Shown: positions 1 to 12,999, numbered from the whole stretch's first letter. The stretch: 63,132 bases of DNA, filler included, from Platydemus manokwari (GCA_037951405.1; 6 parts of 6 records of this genome joined end to end with filler, not necessarily neighbours in it); one strand, 5' to 3'. Numbers and translations: made by a program. The notes: a model not told the origin generated them from the sequence alone.

Positions 1-2009
1 AGTATTGTTATCTCATAAATATTGTCGATGTCTAAAATTAAGGACGTTAATAAGTTCTGTACTTAAATATTGTGACGCACATCTTAGACAAATATTATTA
101 TCAGTGATGTCGTGAGAGATCAGAAATTTTCGTAGACTTTATGATTTCATTAGATTTCTTAATTGCACTAATTTTGTTTCTAAATGATTTATTAGTTTTA
201 TCAATAATATACATGTTTTATTCTATAATTTTCTCTGTGGACTTTCTTATGACGATTTTAAAAATTCTACATATCTTTCTATTTTCACTCCCTCTAGACT
301 CATTTGATACAGACTTCTATTTTCAAATAGTTTTTGAAAATTTTGGCTATTTCCATTAATTAAAACACAAAATCGCTTCTTAACGGTTGAAACACATCAC
401 TACCTACACAATGTCATAAGGTGGGTCGCAAAGTCTATTCTCAAGTTCATCTAAGGTCTTTATTATATTGTGTCGTGGTATATTGTATTATACTTCGACA
501 ATGTGGTTTAATAATACAATAATGTAATAATATGATTATAGCTAATACCTAATGTTTTAATGAGAATTGGTTAGAGATCATTATTACAAGAGGTTCGTTT
601 ATAACACGAGTTTCTGTCGAAAACTACACCTTTATGATGCAGAGCACTCAAAAAATATTTAACCGCCTCCAGCCATGAGATAATATTTCTTTAAGGAAGT
701 AGAATTGCACAAATTACCTAATTTTTCCTACTATATCAATTTTCGTCCTTCGAATTAATAATTGGTGCCTGGATAAAAATGTCTAAAATAATATTTGCTT
801 AAGAAGCATAAGAGGCATATTGTCAACAGTCTGATTAACCAGTATCATATTTTCGATAATAATCTTTACGAACCATGTTGATTTAATTATTTACAAATAT
901 CGTTATCCAGTACATATCTTTCAGTTTTTATCGGATGAAGAATTTCGTATTGAGTTATTCACTACATTCTTTTATATCATCATCAACATTATCTAGATAT
1001 TGTTTTACAATAATTTTTTACCCATGTTAATGAAGTCATAAATTAATCATTTCAGAGATTTTCACTTCATTTCCTAACCAATATAGCGAATTTTGATTGG
1101 TTCCCATTGAACGCTTAGTAATACATTGAAACAACATTTAAAATCTGAAAATCTTTAATCGCATTTGTATGTAATTATTAATTTCTTGACAATTTTTAAC
1201 ATAATTAGACCAATCTATAAATAAATAATCACAGTGGTATCTCAAAAGATCTATACGATTTTTTTGTGTTTTAATAATAACCCATTTAGACAAAGACAAA
1301 AAAAATCAAAGAGATTCCTTATCAGCCTAACCGATCGAAGCTCCCAAAACACGAGCTGTAAAAATATCAGGAATAGCCAACTCAACATTCAAAATATCTT
1401 GATATAAAATTATCGATTAATTTTGTTACTATTTTTATAAATTTTTGTAACGAAACTATACATTTCTGTGACTTCAACCATAGTGATGTGAAATGACACG
1501 CCTAAACTTTCTACTTACAATGCCACTCTCATAGAATATATTTAATAATCTTATTTTCATCACAGTCCATTGATTGGACGATGATTTTCCAGAAGATGAC
1601 AATGAAAATTGAAAAAAAAATGGTTGTAACAATAACTGGCTAGTGTTTAAAATGGAGGTGGAACTATATTAGTCGGTTTTTTTATCATATTTGTATTGAT
1701 AAGCTCTAGATACAAATCATCGGCTATTTAATTATTATTGAGATTTTGATCGTGATGATGTGCTTTGATTTTAGATGCGATCAATATCAATATATTTTTT
1801 TAAATAATATAAACAAAATGAATAATTTTAGAAAAATAATAAAGTGAAGTAATAGTTAAATAAATAAATGTGTGTATATATATGAGTGCGTGTGTGTGTA
1901 TAATAAAGATTTTTAAGCATTGTTCATTTAAATAAATCCGAAATCTAAAATTGAAAACTTATTATTTTTATTTATTAAAACAATAAAATCGATATATCTA
2001 AATTCTTAC

Positions 2010-3757
2010 CAAATCCAGTACCACAGACAGCGGTTCCAGTGGACAATGGACGTTTTTTATCAAAATATTGAGAAATTGTAATCAAACCAGCCATATAAAC
2101 CATTCCCAAACCCATTCCTAGAATTAGGAGATTTTAAATTCACCTGCAAAAATCAAAATTTACCATTGATAATTCCATAAAATATATAAAATATCCAAAT
2201 ATTTGGTGGAGCCAAAAAACAGATTATATAACTGCAACAGCTTACAAATCCACCCACAATTGCCACTGGACGAAATCCATACTTTTGGCCCAAAAATGAG
2301 GAAATAGGACCTATATATATCTCATTAAAAATATTGTATATTGTCTCTAAAAATTGAATCTTAATAATGGAATAATAATAATATAAGAATCAAAAAGAAT
2401 CAAATCCCCGTATAGTCGGTTGATTGATAATTCTCATGATTATCATTTAGTAGTTAATTTATCATTCTCTGTAACTGCCAGAGGTCATTTATTTCAGCTT
2501 AAATTAAGAAACTCATTTCGATGTCAATGTGTTATGTAATAATCGATATTTACTTTACGGTTTATTAGATGAATAAATTTTGTAGAGATAATTTCTGAAG
2601 ATTAATTCTATTTTGATGTTTAAATTAGAGTTGCAATATAATTATAAATGGTCACTTGTTTATTCAAGATTTTTCGATATTTATAGTTGAAACTATTTTT
2701 AGGAAAAAGCGTCCAGTGTGATCAACTTGGTATTTAATCCGTGAATGAGCTTAAAATAATATGGAAATTTTAAAAATAATAATTGTCATAATCCCAATAT
2801 TTAGTTTTATTCAAAATCAGATCTCATTGTAAATCAAAGTCCAGATAAAATATAAATAAATAAATTGACATCGTAGAACGTCTAAAATAATATATTAACA
2901 TTTCTGGAGAATTAATATTTGTAATAGAAATTCAAAATCGACAAACTAATATCTGATAAACATCTCTTATAAGAATCAAGATTGACTAATATGCATGATA
3001 ATTTCTATTAGGTCAGGTAAATTTCCTGGAGATTTCAATGGGACAAAATAAACGAAAACGTGATCATTTTGTCAATCAAATAATTCAATATTTATGCTTA
3101 TAAATTAATAACTGAAAAATGTCGGAAAAAATAATATTTATAACATTTATATAAGAATCAAATACACTTGAAAGCCAAAAATTATAATTTTAACAATCAT
3201 ATAATAAATAATTTTTTTGACCTTTATATACAACTGACATTTTAAATTCAATTTTTTGTTAACGTTTTTTTTCATATAAATAGATGTTGACTGATATAGG
3301 AAAATCAGTAATAAATTTTTCCTCATTTTTCAAACTAATAAATTATTCAATTCGATTTGTTTGAATAATAATCACATTTCATCTTTCTTATTATCGATTA
3401 TCACAATTAGGCATATATTATTATGGATAGTAAGGATAATGATGAAAGTTCAGCATGTTTTTAACAGATATTATGTAATTTGTAATAAAAATAAAATAAC
3501 AAACCACTCAACAATGGAAATGACACTTGCAATGCCCCAATCCAGTTTATGGCAAAGGATGCTGATTCCATGGGAGGTAAGTATTCATTCAACAATGGTC
3601 TTATCAATCCAAACGAAAAAAACATTCCATCAATCAGAGCTGAATTCATGAAAGCCGCGAATACTGTCCACCATCCATAACCCCCGTCAGGAATGATCAA
3701 TTTGAAGTTTGATTTTTTATAGTAAACGATTTCTAAATCTTCCGTACTATCTATCAT
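2010..3757 (-). CDS. Monocarboxylate transporter (SLC16/MCT family, MFS), 5' partial: exons 3757-3505, 2310-2164, 2117-2010
   Basis: Exon 1 has the MCT N-terminal motif PDGGYGW. Joining GT-AG introns in frame gives ...LLSG|PISSFLGQKYGFRPVAIVGG...YGIING|MGLGMVYMAGLITISQYFDKKRPLSTGTAVCGTGFG, which contains the family YFxKxRxLxxG motif. No downstream exons were identified before the contig end. Confidence 0.88.
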
Positions 3758-6700
3758 GTAGTCGGAATGCTAGGCGAGTTATCGTTTTTAGTAGCTGATA
3801 TTTTTAAAGTATCAATTATTCGCTGATGTTTAGTGTTTATACAATTGATGATCAATAATTATACTTGCATAATATGCATTCTTTGAGTCAGAAAACGGGA
3901 GAAACTGCGAATAAGGTCAAAGATAGAATAAAAAACTCTTCAATACAATAGTCTGTGTGTACTTGACAAAAAATATGTATGTGTGTATTTTCGTCTCTGC
4001 TTACGGCACACACGGCTTATTTCTCGAAATATTTTGTAGTCAATTTAGATCGCGTATTTCATTGGAATATTGATTTAGAAAATTCGTCATATTTTTGACT
4101 TCATTTCTAAACTCATAAGCTAACACTTGTTGATTTGAAATTTACTATTTTTCTTGTAGCCATTGAAAATGCATTTGATTTCCAGTTTTTAGTGCGATGA
4201 TTTCAATTAATACGGTTTTATAACAGATTTCACATCTGTAATTACGTGTTTTTTCTATTCAAGAAATTTTTGGCGATATTTTCTACCCATATGTATGATA
4301 TATTAGATATTTGTCAAGTTATTAAAAGCTAGTTTTACATGTCGTAGAAAATCAATTTTGGTTAGGAGTTGTTGCATAATACTAAATATGCTTGTTGAAA
4401 TTATTAATGGGAGCAAAAAATAATTCGTGTGCACGTGTTTGGAATTATCTAAATTATCTTGAGTTATTATTGAATATTTACATTAAAATATATAAATGAA
4501 TACTTAATAACCCGTGATAATAAAATAGAATAATATGATATGATAATAATAATAAATAATATTAATGATAATGGTTATGTTAAGATGGCAGAGACTTTAT
4601 TGGAATTTATTTTTACATCAGCATAGAAGAATATTTTTGAAATATTTGTAGGAAAATTGATTATGAAGTGGTAACCGATAAAATTCGCTTGTCAAACAAG
4701 ATGACGAAAAAAGTTCTTATGGAAAACAGAATTATAGTGTCAGAATTTAAAGATGGTTGTTGTCGATTTAGTCGATGATTTTAAGCAAGTATGATATTTT
4801 ACTTAGAAATACCTGGAAAAAAATGTTATATGTAAGAAACAAATAATAATGCAAATGAACGCAGGGAAAATATATTTTTTCAATTAAGCAAAATACAAAT
4901 TTTATATTACTCAAGACAATAGCATATTAAACCATCGAGGTAAACACTTTATAGAATGTTTCTCAGGTAGTCGGAAACTTCTCTCAATAAAAAAGAAAAG
5001 TATGGAACAATTACCTAGGAGCTTAAATGATTTTAGATTATCACAAGTTAACATTGAATACAAATTTATTCATCATGTTTTTGTTGATAAAAGGCAAATG
5101 ATCCCTTCGAATAATAAATGCAGAATTGTTTGTGCGTGTAATTTTTTGTGAATGAATTCGCGTAAATACAAATCGTGATTGTTGCGATCGGATGCATTTA
5201 ATTCCATCAAATATAAAAATAAATCAAAATTCCAATTTAAACCCTTCACATAGAAATAGATTTAAATAATAATGGAATTCCAAAACGAAAATTATACAAA
5301 AAATAATTAAAAATTTAAAGAGTAAAAGAAAATCGCAAATATGGAAATTTGAATTTCTATCCGCAGAATTCAAGAATACAATGTCTGAAATCAAAAAGAT
5401 GCCAAAAGAAAATATAGAGCTAACGAAAAGCAAATCAAACAATAAATTGATCATCAATTACGGAATAATAAAAAATTGTACAGATAAACATCTTCACACA
5501 TTAAAAATAAAGACACATGAAAATAATTTGTGATATGCTTTGTTAATGAGTAACATGCGTTTATTCTTTAAACAAGTCTTTGTGTTTACCAATCTATTAA
5601 CAAAGAAACCTCAAACAAAGTACAAAGAAACACCTACAACGAATTTCATATAAATAAAACTCCAAAAGCAAGTCATCGCACATCAACTATAGCGCGCTAT
5701 ACTAAAGTGCGTTGTTACTATACAAGAAAAGGAACCTTTTTTCTATAACGTATAGCAGTACATTACGAAGACATTAATGACTAGCAAGATTTGATCTATC
5801 ATTTTCAATTACATATTTTGCTTATATATCGGGAAGATATTCCCTAGTTTATTAAATAGATTGGCAATTAATAACCGGACGGATCACTACCATTTTAAAC
5901 ATTCACAAAGGTAATTTATTAATTTTACAGTAAGACATGGTAGTACTCACGAGATTATGTTACCGATTTTAAATGGATATAAACTCTTAAATACAGGTCT
6001 CTCCACCACTTTATTTTTTCCCAAGGTGTTCATCGGCCATTAAGAGGATCACGACGTAAGATAATTTTATTTTGAAGTAGTAGTGTGTTTTAAATCTATT
6101 ATTTTCCTTTAAATAAAATTTGATTTAGCCTAATCATGTTATTTATACCCTAATCATCTTACTAATATAAAAATTTGCACTACCTTCTGGAGCCGAGTAG
6201 TCTGTTTAAGTTTTTACTATCTCAACTTAATTTTCATTTGTATTTAGAAATATGAAATTTTAAACTCTAGTTAAAACATCAGTTTAAACATGTTATTAAA
6301 ACTCGTGTAAAGGGTGAATCTAATTCGCTGTTATTTACTATTTTAGGAATAACAAGTTTGTATATGTTCTTTGTCAGTGAGGTACTGTGTTTAGAAATCT
6401 TTATTTCCATTCTTAGCTATATTTCTGTTTTGACAACAGTGTATTATACTTAGCAACATATGTTAATTTCAGAGAATAAATGTTGGTACTTGTATCTAGC
6501 TTCGTGAATTTGAATTTTTCATACTTCTTTATTTCAAAATTTTGAAAATTTTAGATATGGATGTCTAATTTTTTTTAAATATTATCTATTTTTTAGTTTG
6601 TATGCATTTTTTAATATTTTTTGTTTCTATTTTGAAAATTTTGAAATTCTAATTTTAGTTGTCTATGGCTTTATTCAAATTTATTAATTATTATTTATAT

Positions 6701-8330
6701 TTTAGCACCTTTAGCTTAAGTTTCCTATAGAAATGTTAATATTTTGAATTTTATCAGTCAATGAAAAAAATCTAGCCTTTAAATAATTGATTGTATTATG
6801 CTATATATTTAATGTGTTTTCCAAACAATTAAAAGGAGATTTTTGATATTAATTTTCTTCCTTTATTTAAATATTCTTTGAGAAGTCTTCTTTCATAATG
6901 ATTGATTTAGATTTTAAAACCTAATATTTCAAGTTGTAATCGTAAAAAAACTCAAAAAATCGTAATTCAAAGTTTCTCAGAAAACAAACTTTCCAAAAGA
7001 CAGCACCTGAAAGATATAAACAATGACAGTGGTTACCCACCAAAAAAAGGTTGGCAGTTATCTTCGAGATTCAACTATTTTTATACACTTGTCACCGGTT
7101 TTGATTAGTTGTCTTGCACCTTTGCTTTTCATTTTCATGAACCACATTTAAACTAGTCCATTGACAGGCTTTCTTCTATCTTCCATGCGCATTTTGCGTG
7201 TGCTAATTGACGATCGAAATCTATTTGTTGATTCATATTTCGGTAGAGTCTACTTGGATACTGGCACTTGCTTTCATTTTGCTTTTGTGTTTAGCCAATT
7301 TCAGTGTTATTCTAATGTTCTCCATAGTTAATTTGATTGACTCTGTTAAATACTTTGCAAACGGATAAATTTTGAGACAAGTACATATTCAATGATAGTA
7401 ACCTAAACTCAAAAGTGAAGTTTATACTTCTAAAATAAGGGCTGCTGCGGTGTAATAAATAATAATAAGATAATAAGATTTGAGTGAATCATTAAGAAAG
7501 TAAGATACTGGAAAATAATTTATTCTGATGTTTTTCACACATACCACACAAAATCCGATCAACTCTTCGAAACATATAGATTAGGTTAGATAATTTAACT
7601 AATGAAACATTTTAGTAATAAAACATATTATTAGGATATTTAAAGTATTAATTAGACAATAGATTTGTGGAAAGTCAAGCGGTTCGTCTTTATCATGCAA
7701 TTAAGGAATTATATTTCAAAATTATACCAATTTTTGTGTTTACACTTCTATTTTCTGATTATATGGGTTACAAAAAGATAGAATAATTAAATAGATTTCG
7801 GGAAAAATTACTGGTCGAATGAATTTCGTAAAATACTTAACTAATTAAATTTATTTATTCATCATTTTCCCTGTAGCGTTAATTTGTAGAATTTCCATTG
7901 ATCTTAAAATTGGAATTGACCTGAAAACCCTTAATAATTATTTTTGTAGCTCAAATAAATTAATTGTAGATCATTATTCTCCATTATTCTCAATAAATTT
8001 TGGTGAATTGATTGTTCTTCATTACTAAGACAGTGATTTAGTTTTCCACAAGTGAAAATTTGTTTTAATAAATCAATAGTTTACTCTTGATTTGGAATGG
8101 CATAAAATTTTTATTTTTAACTTTATTCAATGTGACCTGTTAGAAAAAATTATAAAATTTCAAGCATTATAAAGTTCAAAAATTCCAATTTTAGTTTGTT
8201 CGAATATTTGGTGAAATAATCAATGAAGCTTTCAATTTGTATTGATAAAATAGAGTAACTCAATATTCACTCAAAATCAAAGAGTAATTTAATTATATAT
8301 ACACATATATTTCAATAATAATACACTAAA

Positions 8331-8540
8331 TTATGTGCATCTGTTTCTACAAGTTTCAACTGGATATATACATGCAGTATAACAAGGCTTTCTTAAATCG
8401 CTTGTTCTATATTCTGTAAGAAGACAATTTCGAAAACATTTATAAATATCTTTCTGGCATAAAATAATACAATCAATATAATCACCATTCCCACTATTCA
8501 TAGCAGAAGCCAAAAGAATGATGATCGATAAACACTTCAT
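8331..8540 (-). CDS. Small secreted cysteine-rich peptide (signal peptide + 8-Cys mature region, CX3CX6CX3CX13CX3CX6CX3C)
   Basis: 69-aa ORF with hydrophobic N-terminus MKCLSIIILLASAMNSGNG and symmetric Cys spacing. An upstream 5'UTR intron has good sites (donor G|GTAAGA at 8919, acceptor TTGCAG|G at 8560). Confidence 0.75.
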   Translation of the reverse strand: MKCLSIIILLASAMNSGNGDYIDCIILCQKDIYKCFRNCLLTEYRTSDLRKPCYTACIYPVETCRNRCT

Positions 8541-10005
8541 TTTCCTATCTCAACTGAACCTGCAATAAATAAATAACAAGGTTTGTTCTGCAATTAATTA
8601 AGTCAATTTCTCGAAATGGGGATATAAGATTATAATTCACTTATTCAAATAAACGATTGTAAATTTATGTGGGTGTTCATATATAAATAATAATTACTTA
8701 ATAATTTGATTTTTATTGTGCTTTATTTTAGATATTTTTAACTTTAATATTGAAACTAAAAATTTCCAAAAAAATATTTTCATTTAATATGAATTAAAAA
8801 TTAAATTTCAAAATTAAAAACAAATCAATAACAATAAAACATACGCAAAATAATTCTAAACCTTAGGAAAAAATTTGTTTGTTAATAAATGATTTAAATA
8901 CACAATAAATTAATCTTACCAAATTGTGAAATAAATTATTCATAAGATTATATTAAAAATTTCTCAATCAATATTTCGATATTTTTATTTATTTATAATG
9001 GAATTTCATATTATAGCATTTTTGGCATAACATGGATATAATTAAATGAATCAATGAAAACATTTTGTGATTCCATTCTGAAAAATTCAGTGGATAAATA
9101 AATTACTGGAAAGAAATTTTATCATAAGTAAGATATCACAATATTTATTCTACTTAGAACATAGCAATTCGCTTAGTGTTCATTGATTTACAAATTATGC
9201 TAAAGTTAAGAAAAAGAATCCTTAAATATAATTTTAATTTTGTTGAGTTTATTTCAAAAAATTATATCGTTTAATTAATTATTTTTTATCAAAGATATTA
9301 TATTTCAGTGGATTCTCTAATCAAACCAGTTTTGAATCCAAATATATCGACTTTGGGGAAGCATTTAATGTACGCCTTGATGAAATGATATTTAAAATGA
9401 TAAAATTATATAAATACAATACGAATTTTAAAATCTAAATATTTATAGCTCTCTCAAGGGCGAAGTAATTGGATTAAAAAGTTATCTGATTAAGAAATTA
9501 TTTGAAAAGTTATTTAGAATAATCAAATTTTAAAATTTTAATTGATGTAAAAATTATCAATTGATATTCTTAATAAAGCTCATTAATGGTAATTTATTAA
9601 ATAGTTTTTATAAAGATTATTTGAAAAATGATAAAATATTCAATGGATCTATGTTGGAAAAGAAGTATTCATAAAAAATAAAAACGGATGAAAAATATAA
9701 AATCAATCAACCAAGTATATTTATGGAGAATAAAAGCGTTATTTTTTTCATGAAATAATTAAAATATTTCTTTAAAATATTTATTGTACAATAATTTTTG
9801 AAATTTTACATAAATGTTAGATATGATTAATTCAAATTTAAAACAATTTTGACTAATTAATTTTATTAATAATTTTAAAAAATTCTAACATCAGCTTCAA
9901 TCATTTACATAATTCGGTCATCAAAATCTATGTTTACACTTTAGTAGAGTTGTTAAGTAGTCAAGATACAAAAAATAGATAAACTACCTTTTGTTGAAAA
10001 AATTG

Positions 10006-10063
10006 GTCCTATTTCGGCATTCCATTGGCCTCATCAGTATCCCGGTTCAGAGATATATAGGAC
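10006..10063 (-). ncRNA. Type III hammerhead ribozyme, copy A
   Basis: Minus strand reads GTCCTAT-A-TATCTC-TGAACC-GGGATA-CTGATGA-GGC-CAATGGAAT-GCC-GAA-ATAGGAC. Core CUGAUGA and GAAA are intact, stems I, II and III all pair, and the AUA cleavage triplet predicts a cut between 10056 and 10055. Confidence 0.9.
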
Positions 10064-10130
10064 AATCTCTCGGAGCCTTCAAGAATGATGGTAGCAATGA
10101 TGATGATGGTAGTTTTATGATACAGATAGT

Positions 10131-10188
10131 GCCCTATTTCTGCCTTCCATAGGCCTCATCAGTATCTCGGTTCAGAGATATATAGGAC
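10131..10188 (-). ncRNA. Type III hammerhead ribozyme, copy B (G10.1-C11.1 pair mutated to G-A)
   Basis: Minus strand reads GTCCTAT-A-TATCTC-TGAACC-GAGATA-CTGATGA-GGCCTATGGAAGGCA-GAA-ATAGGGC. It has 5 differences from copy A in 58 nt, and the predicted cut is between 10181 and 10180. Confidence 0.82.
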
Positions 10189-10299
10189 TAAAAGAAATAT
10201 AGAAAATAACCATCTGTTTATATTAAAATTTTGAGACTAATTCATCAAGTAACTCAAAATCTAGGATTACTATATTATTGCTAAAAATTCACGCAGAAT

Positions 10300-10369
10300 C
10301 GACAGGATTTTAAAGCGCTGACAGGCAATAAATTTCGAAGCACTATTGCCGTCAGGATAAATTCTGTCG
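10300..10369. repeat. Long imperfect stem-loop
   Basis: CGACAGGATTT pairs with AAATTCTGTCG (one G-U on the + strand), and CTGAC(A)GGCAATA pairs with TATTGCCGTCAG (1-nt bulge). Confidence 0.7.
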
Positions 10370-10400
10370 TAGAATGAAAAATTTAATTCGCAATGGATGA

Positions 10401-10443
10401 CAGATTGAGCTACGTGTATGATCTATGATCGTAGCTCAATCTG
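10401..10443. repeat. Perfect 14-bp inverted repeat with 15-nt loop
   Basis: CAGATTGAGCTACG ... CGTAGCTCAATCTG. Confidence 0.85.
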
Positions 10444-10612
10444 ATAATTAATTGAAAACAATCATTATATTATAATGAATTATAATTATTATATAAAAAG
10501 TACATATTATCAACTAGTATAAATAATTGAAAAATATTATACAAAACAAAAAAATAAAAATTTTCTGTTCAAATTTAAAAAATTATTAAATTACATTAAC
10601 GATATTTTATTT

Positions 10613-10712
10613 NNNNNNNNNNNNNNNNNNNNNNNNNNNNNNNNNNNNNNNNNNNNTTAATTAATTAANNNNNNNNNNNNNNNNNNNNNNNNNNNNNNNN
10701 NNNNNNNNNNNN
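10613..10712. other. Artificial contig linker (N44-TTAATTAATTAA-N44)
   Basis: 100-bp spacer with stops in all six frames, identical at five sites. Confidence 0.98.
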
Positions 10713-10757
10713 GATTTTGATAGCTTATGAATAGAGCTTCAAAATGACGTGTATGTT

Positions 10758-10832
10758 AATGATTTGCTACAGCACACACACAAGTGTTTGCATCTGGTGT
10801 CAAATTCCGGTTATTAAGTTTTAGACCCAATA
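10758..10832. repeat. Interspersed repeat end (probable DNA transposon/MITE terminus), copy 1
   Basis: Reverse complement of 53608-53682 with 2 mismatches in 75 bp. Both copies sit at or near contig ends. Confidence 0.8.
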
Positions 10833-12999
10833 ATATAGATCATTATCATTTAAAAATAGGTATAAAACAGAATACAAGCGGCAGCTAAAATCGGTTAAAA
10901 CAACATTTTCAAAAACACACTTTTGGAGATAACGTAAACCACTTTGTTAAAGAATCAAATGAACCAATCTTCGAACTCACAACAGCTCTCATCCTTATTT
11001 GGAAACCTCATTTATTAATCAATCTTCTCAAACATGTTTAAATTAATCATTGATTTTGTAGAATTACTCTAGTAAAACTAGTGTGCAAGCACATTTATTA
11101 TAGTTAACATATATTTCCATTTCCGTTTAACAATTCGGTTGAGTTGACATATTATAACAACAGGATGAACCACCTCAAATACTATTTATTCTTACTTTGA
11201 TTATTGTAATCATTAATAAAAGTATAATAACTGAACTTCCACATTCTTATTTTTTTCAATCATTTAGGTCAAGTCAATGGAAATGAACAATGTTATAATT
11301 ATAGATTTAAATTTAAATTGTATGATTCAAAATAAAATTTATGTATTAATCAATAAATAAATATATCTTATTTTTACTATTTGCTAACACAATTGAAAAA
11401 CTCTTTAACTCAAAAAACTTAAAGCGTTTATTAAATCTACGCAATAGATATGAAAATTATTATTATTATTCACAATTCTGATTACGTAGATTCGAAGAAA
11501 AAATAATTATTTGCACTTTTATTTTATAATTATAACTTTCTATTCAGAAGTAAATTCAATATAGATTATCTTCTATCAAACTGTATACTGTTATCCAAGT
11601 ATTCCGCAGGTATGTTACCCTCTGTTTCAAAACCCGACATAATATTGTTCAGCTGAATAAAAAATCTTTTAATTATGAATTATCAAAAATAAACGTTTTG
11701 CTCAAACCTTGATTTTAAAAACTTTGGAACGAGTAACTCGTAAACTTCTTTCTCCGAATTACCCAAAAAGTATAATTTTTTAAACACTATCAGTGCAAAG
11801 AAAGATACATAACTAAAGATGAGAGAGCACGTTGTGAATATTATCGAAGTAAAGTATAAATGTTTTTTATATGATAGAGTTTAGCCTGGATTGAAGCATT
11901 TGTGATTGTGGGTTATTCGAAGTCGTATTGATCTATATTCACCTTCCAAAGTAAGAGAAAATTTTGTTCTAACTTTGTTCCAGATCACATATTATCGTGA
12001 TCAGTGGAGCCTTGGTGAAACTTATTTTTGTTATTTCATTGTTTGATATTATGCTATAATTGATTGTATTATTTCATTTATCTGTGGTTTGGATTTTCAA
12101 AAATGATTTCAGGATCGATTATACAAACTGGACTAATAATATATCAAACAATTCACTGTATTTTTTTATCATTACCAAACAAAGTGTTAAATCCTCATTA
12201 AACAAGAATCATAAATCGAAACTGCTAAGATATAAAATTGCAAATAGCGATTTGATTTTATTCATTTGGAAAATACTTATAATAGTCATCAAACTATCAA
12301 AAAAGCATTTTATAAAAGACCACATAACCAGTGAAAATTCAACAATTGAACGTACACAAAAATTACAAAAACAACAATTATACAAGGCACAATTTTGATT
12401 ATTATATCTTTCAAAAAGAAGTACAATTATATTTCATTCCATATTTTATAATAAATATTTAGGTTTAAAAATTCTCGTAATAACTGATCATTTGTGAAGA
12501 ATAATTTAATTTTAAAAAGAAAAGAATAAACAAATTTTTGACACGAAATGAAAAGGACAAATCAACAAACAAAGATGATTTTATAATAGTAAAGAAAACA
12601 AAACTCAATATGCAAAAAACAAAGAAATAGATAACAAACAAGACAAAGCCTATTAAGAATAAACAAAATTTAAATAAAGGCACGTACCAACTGACTCATC
12701 ATAAAGACATTAAAAACAAAAGAAACAAATATTTAAAATATTCATGCATATCTCATTCTTCTCGCACTTCCATTCCTAAATTTCCATTTGCATAATCCTT
12801 GTGATATTCATTGAAACAGCTTCATTTATTTTTATTTTACTAATTTTATCTGATCATTGAAACGCTATCAAGTAATTATTTTGATAGGTATTTTGTTTCC
12901 ATCCAAGACCATGCAAACGGTTCTGTGAAAAAGCATTAATTATTTGATTTTTCTATTTGGATCTACTTCTGATCGACTGAATAATTACTGACTCAAAAT

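Noticed and set aside
10000-10190. Reading the direct repeat as a coding exon or CRISPR-like array
   Set aside because: Stops in all three minus-strand frames, only two repeats, a eukaryotic context and no cas genes. The hammerhead fold explains the repeat.
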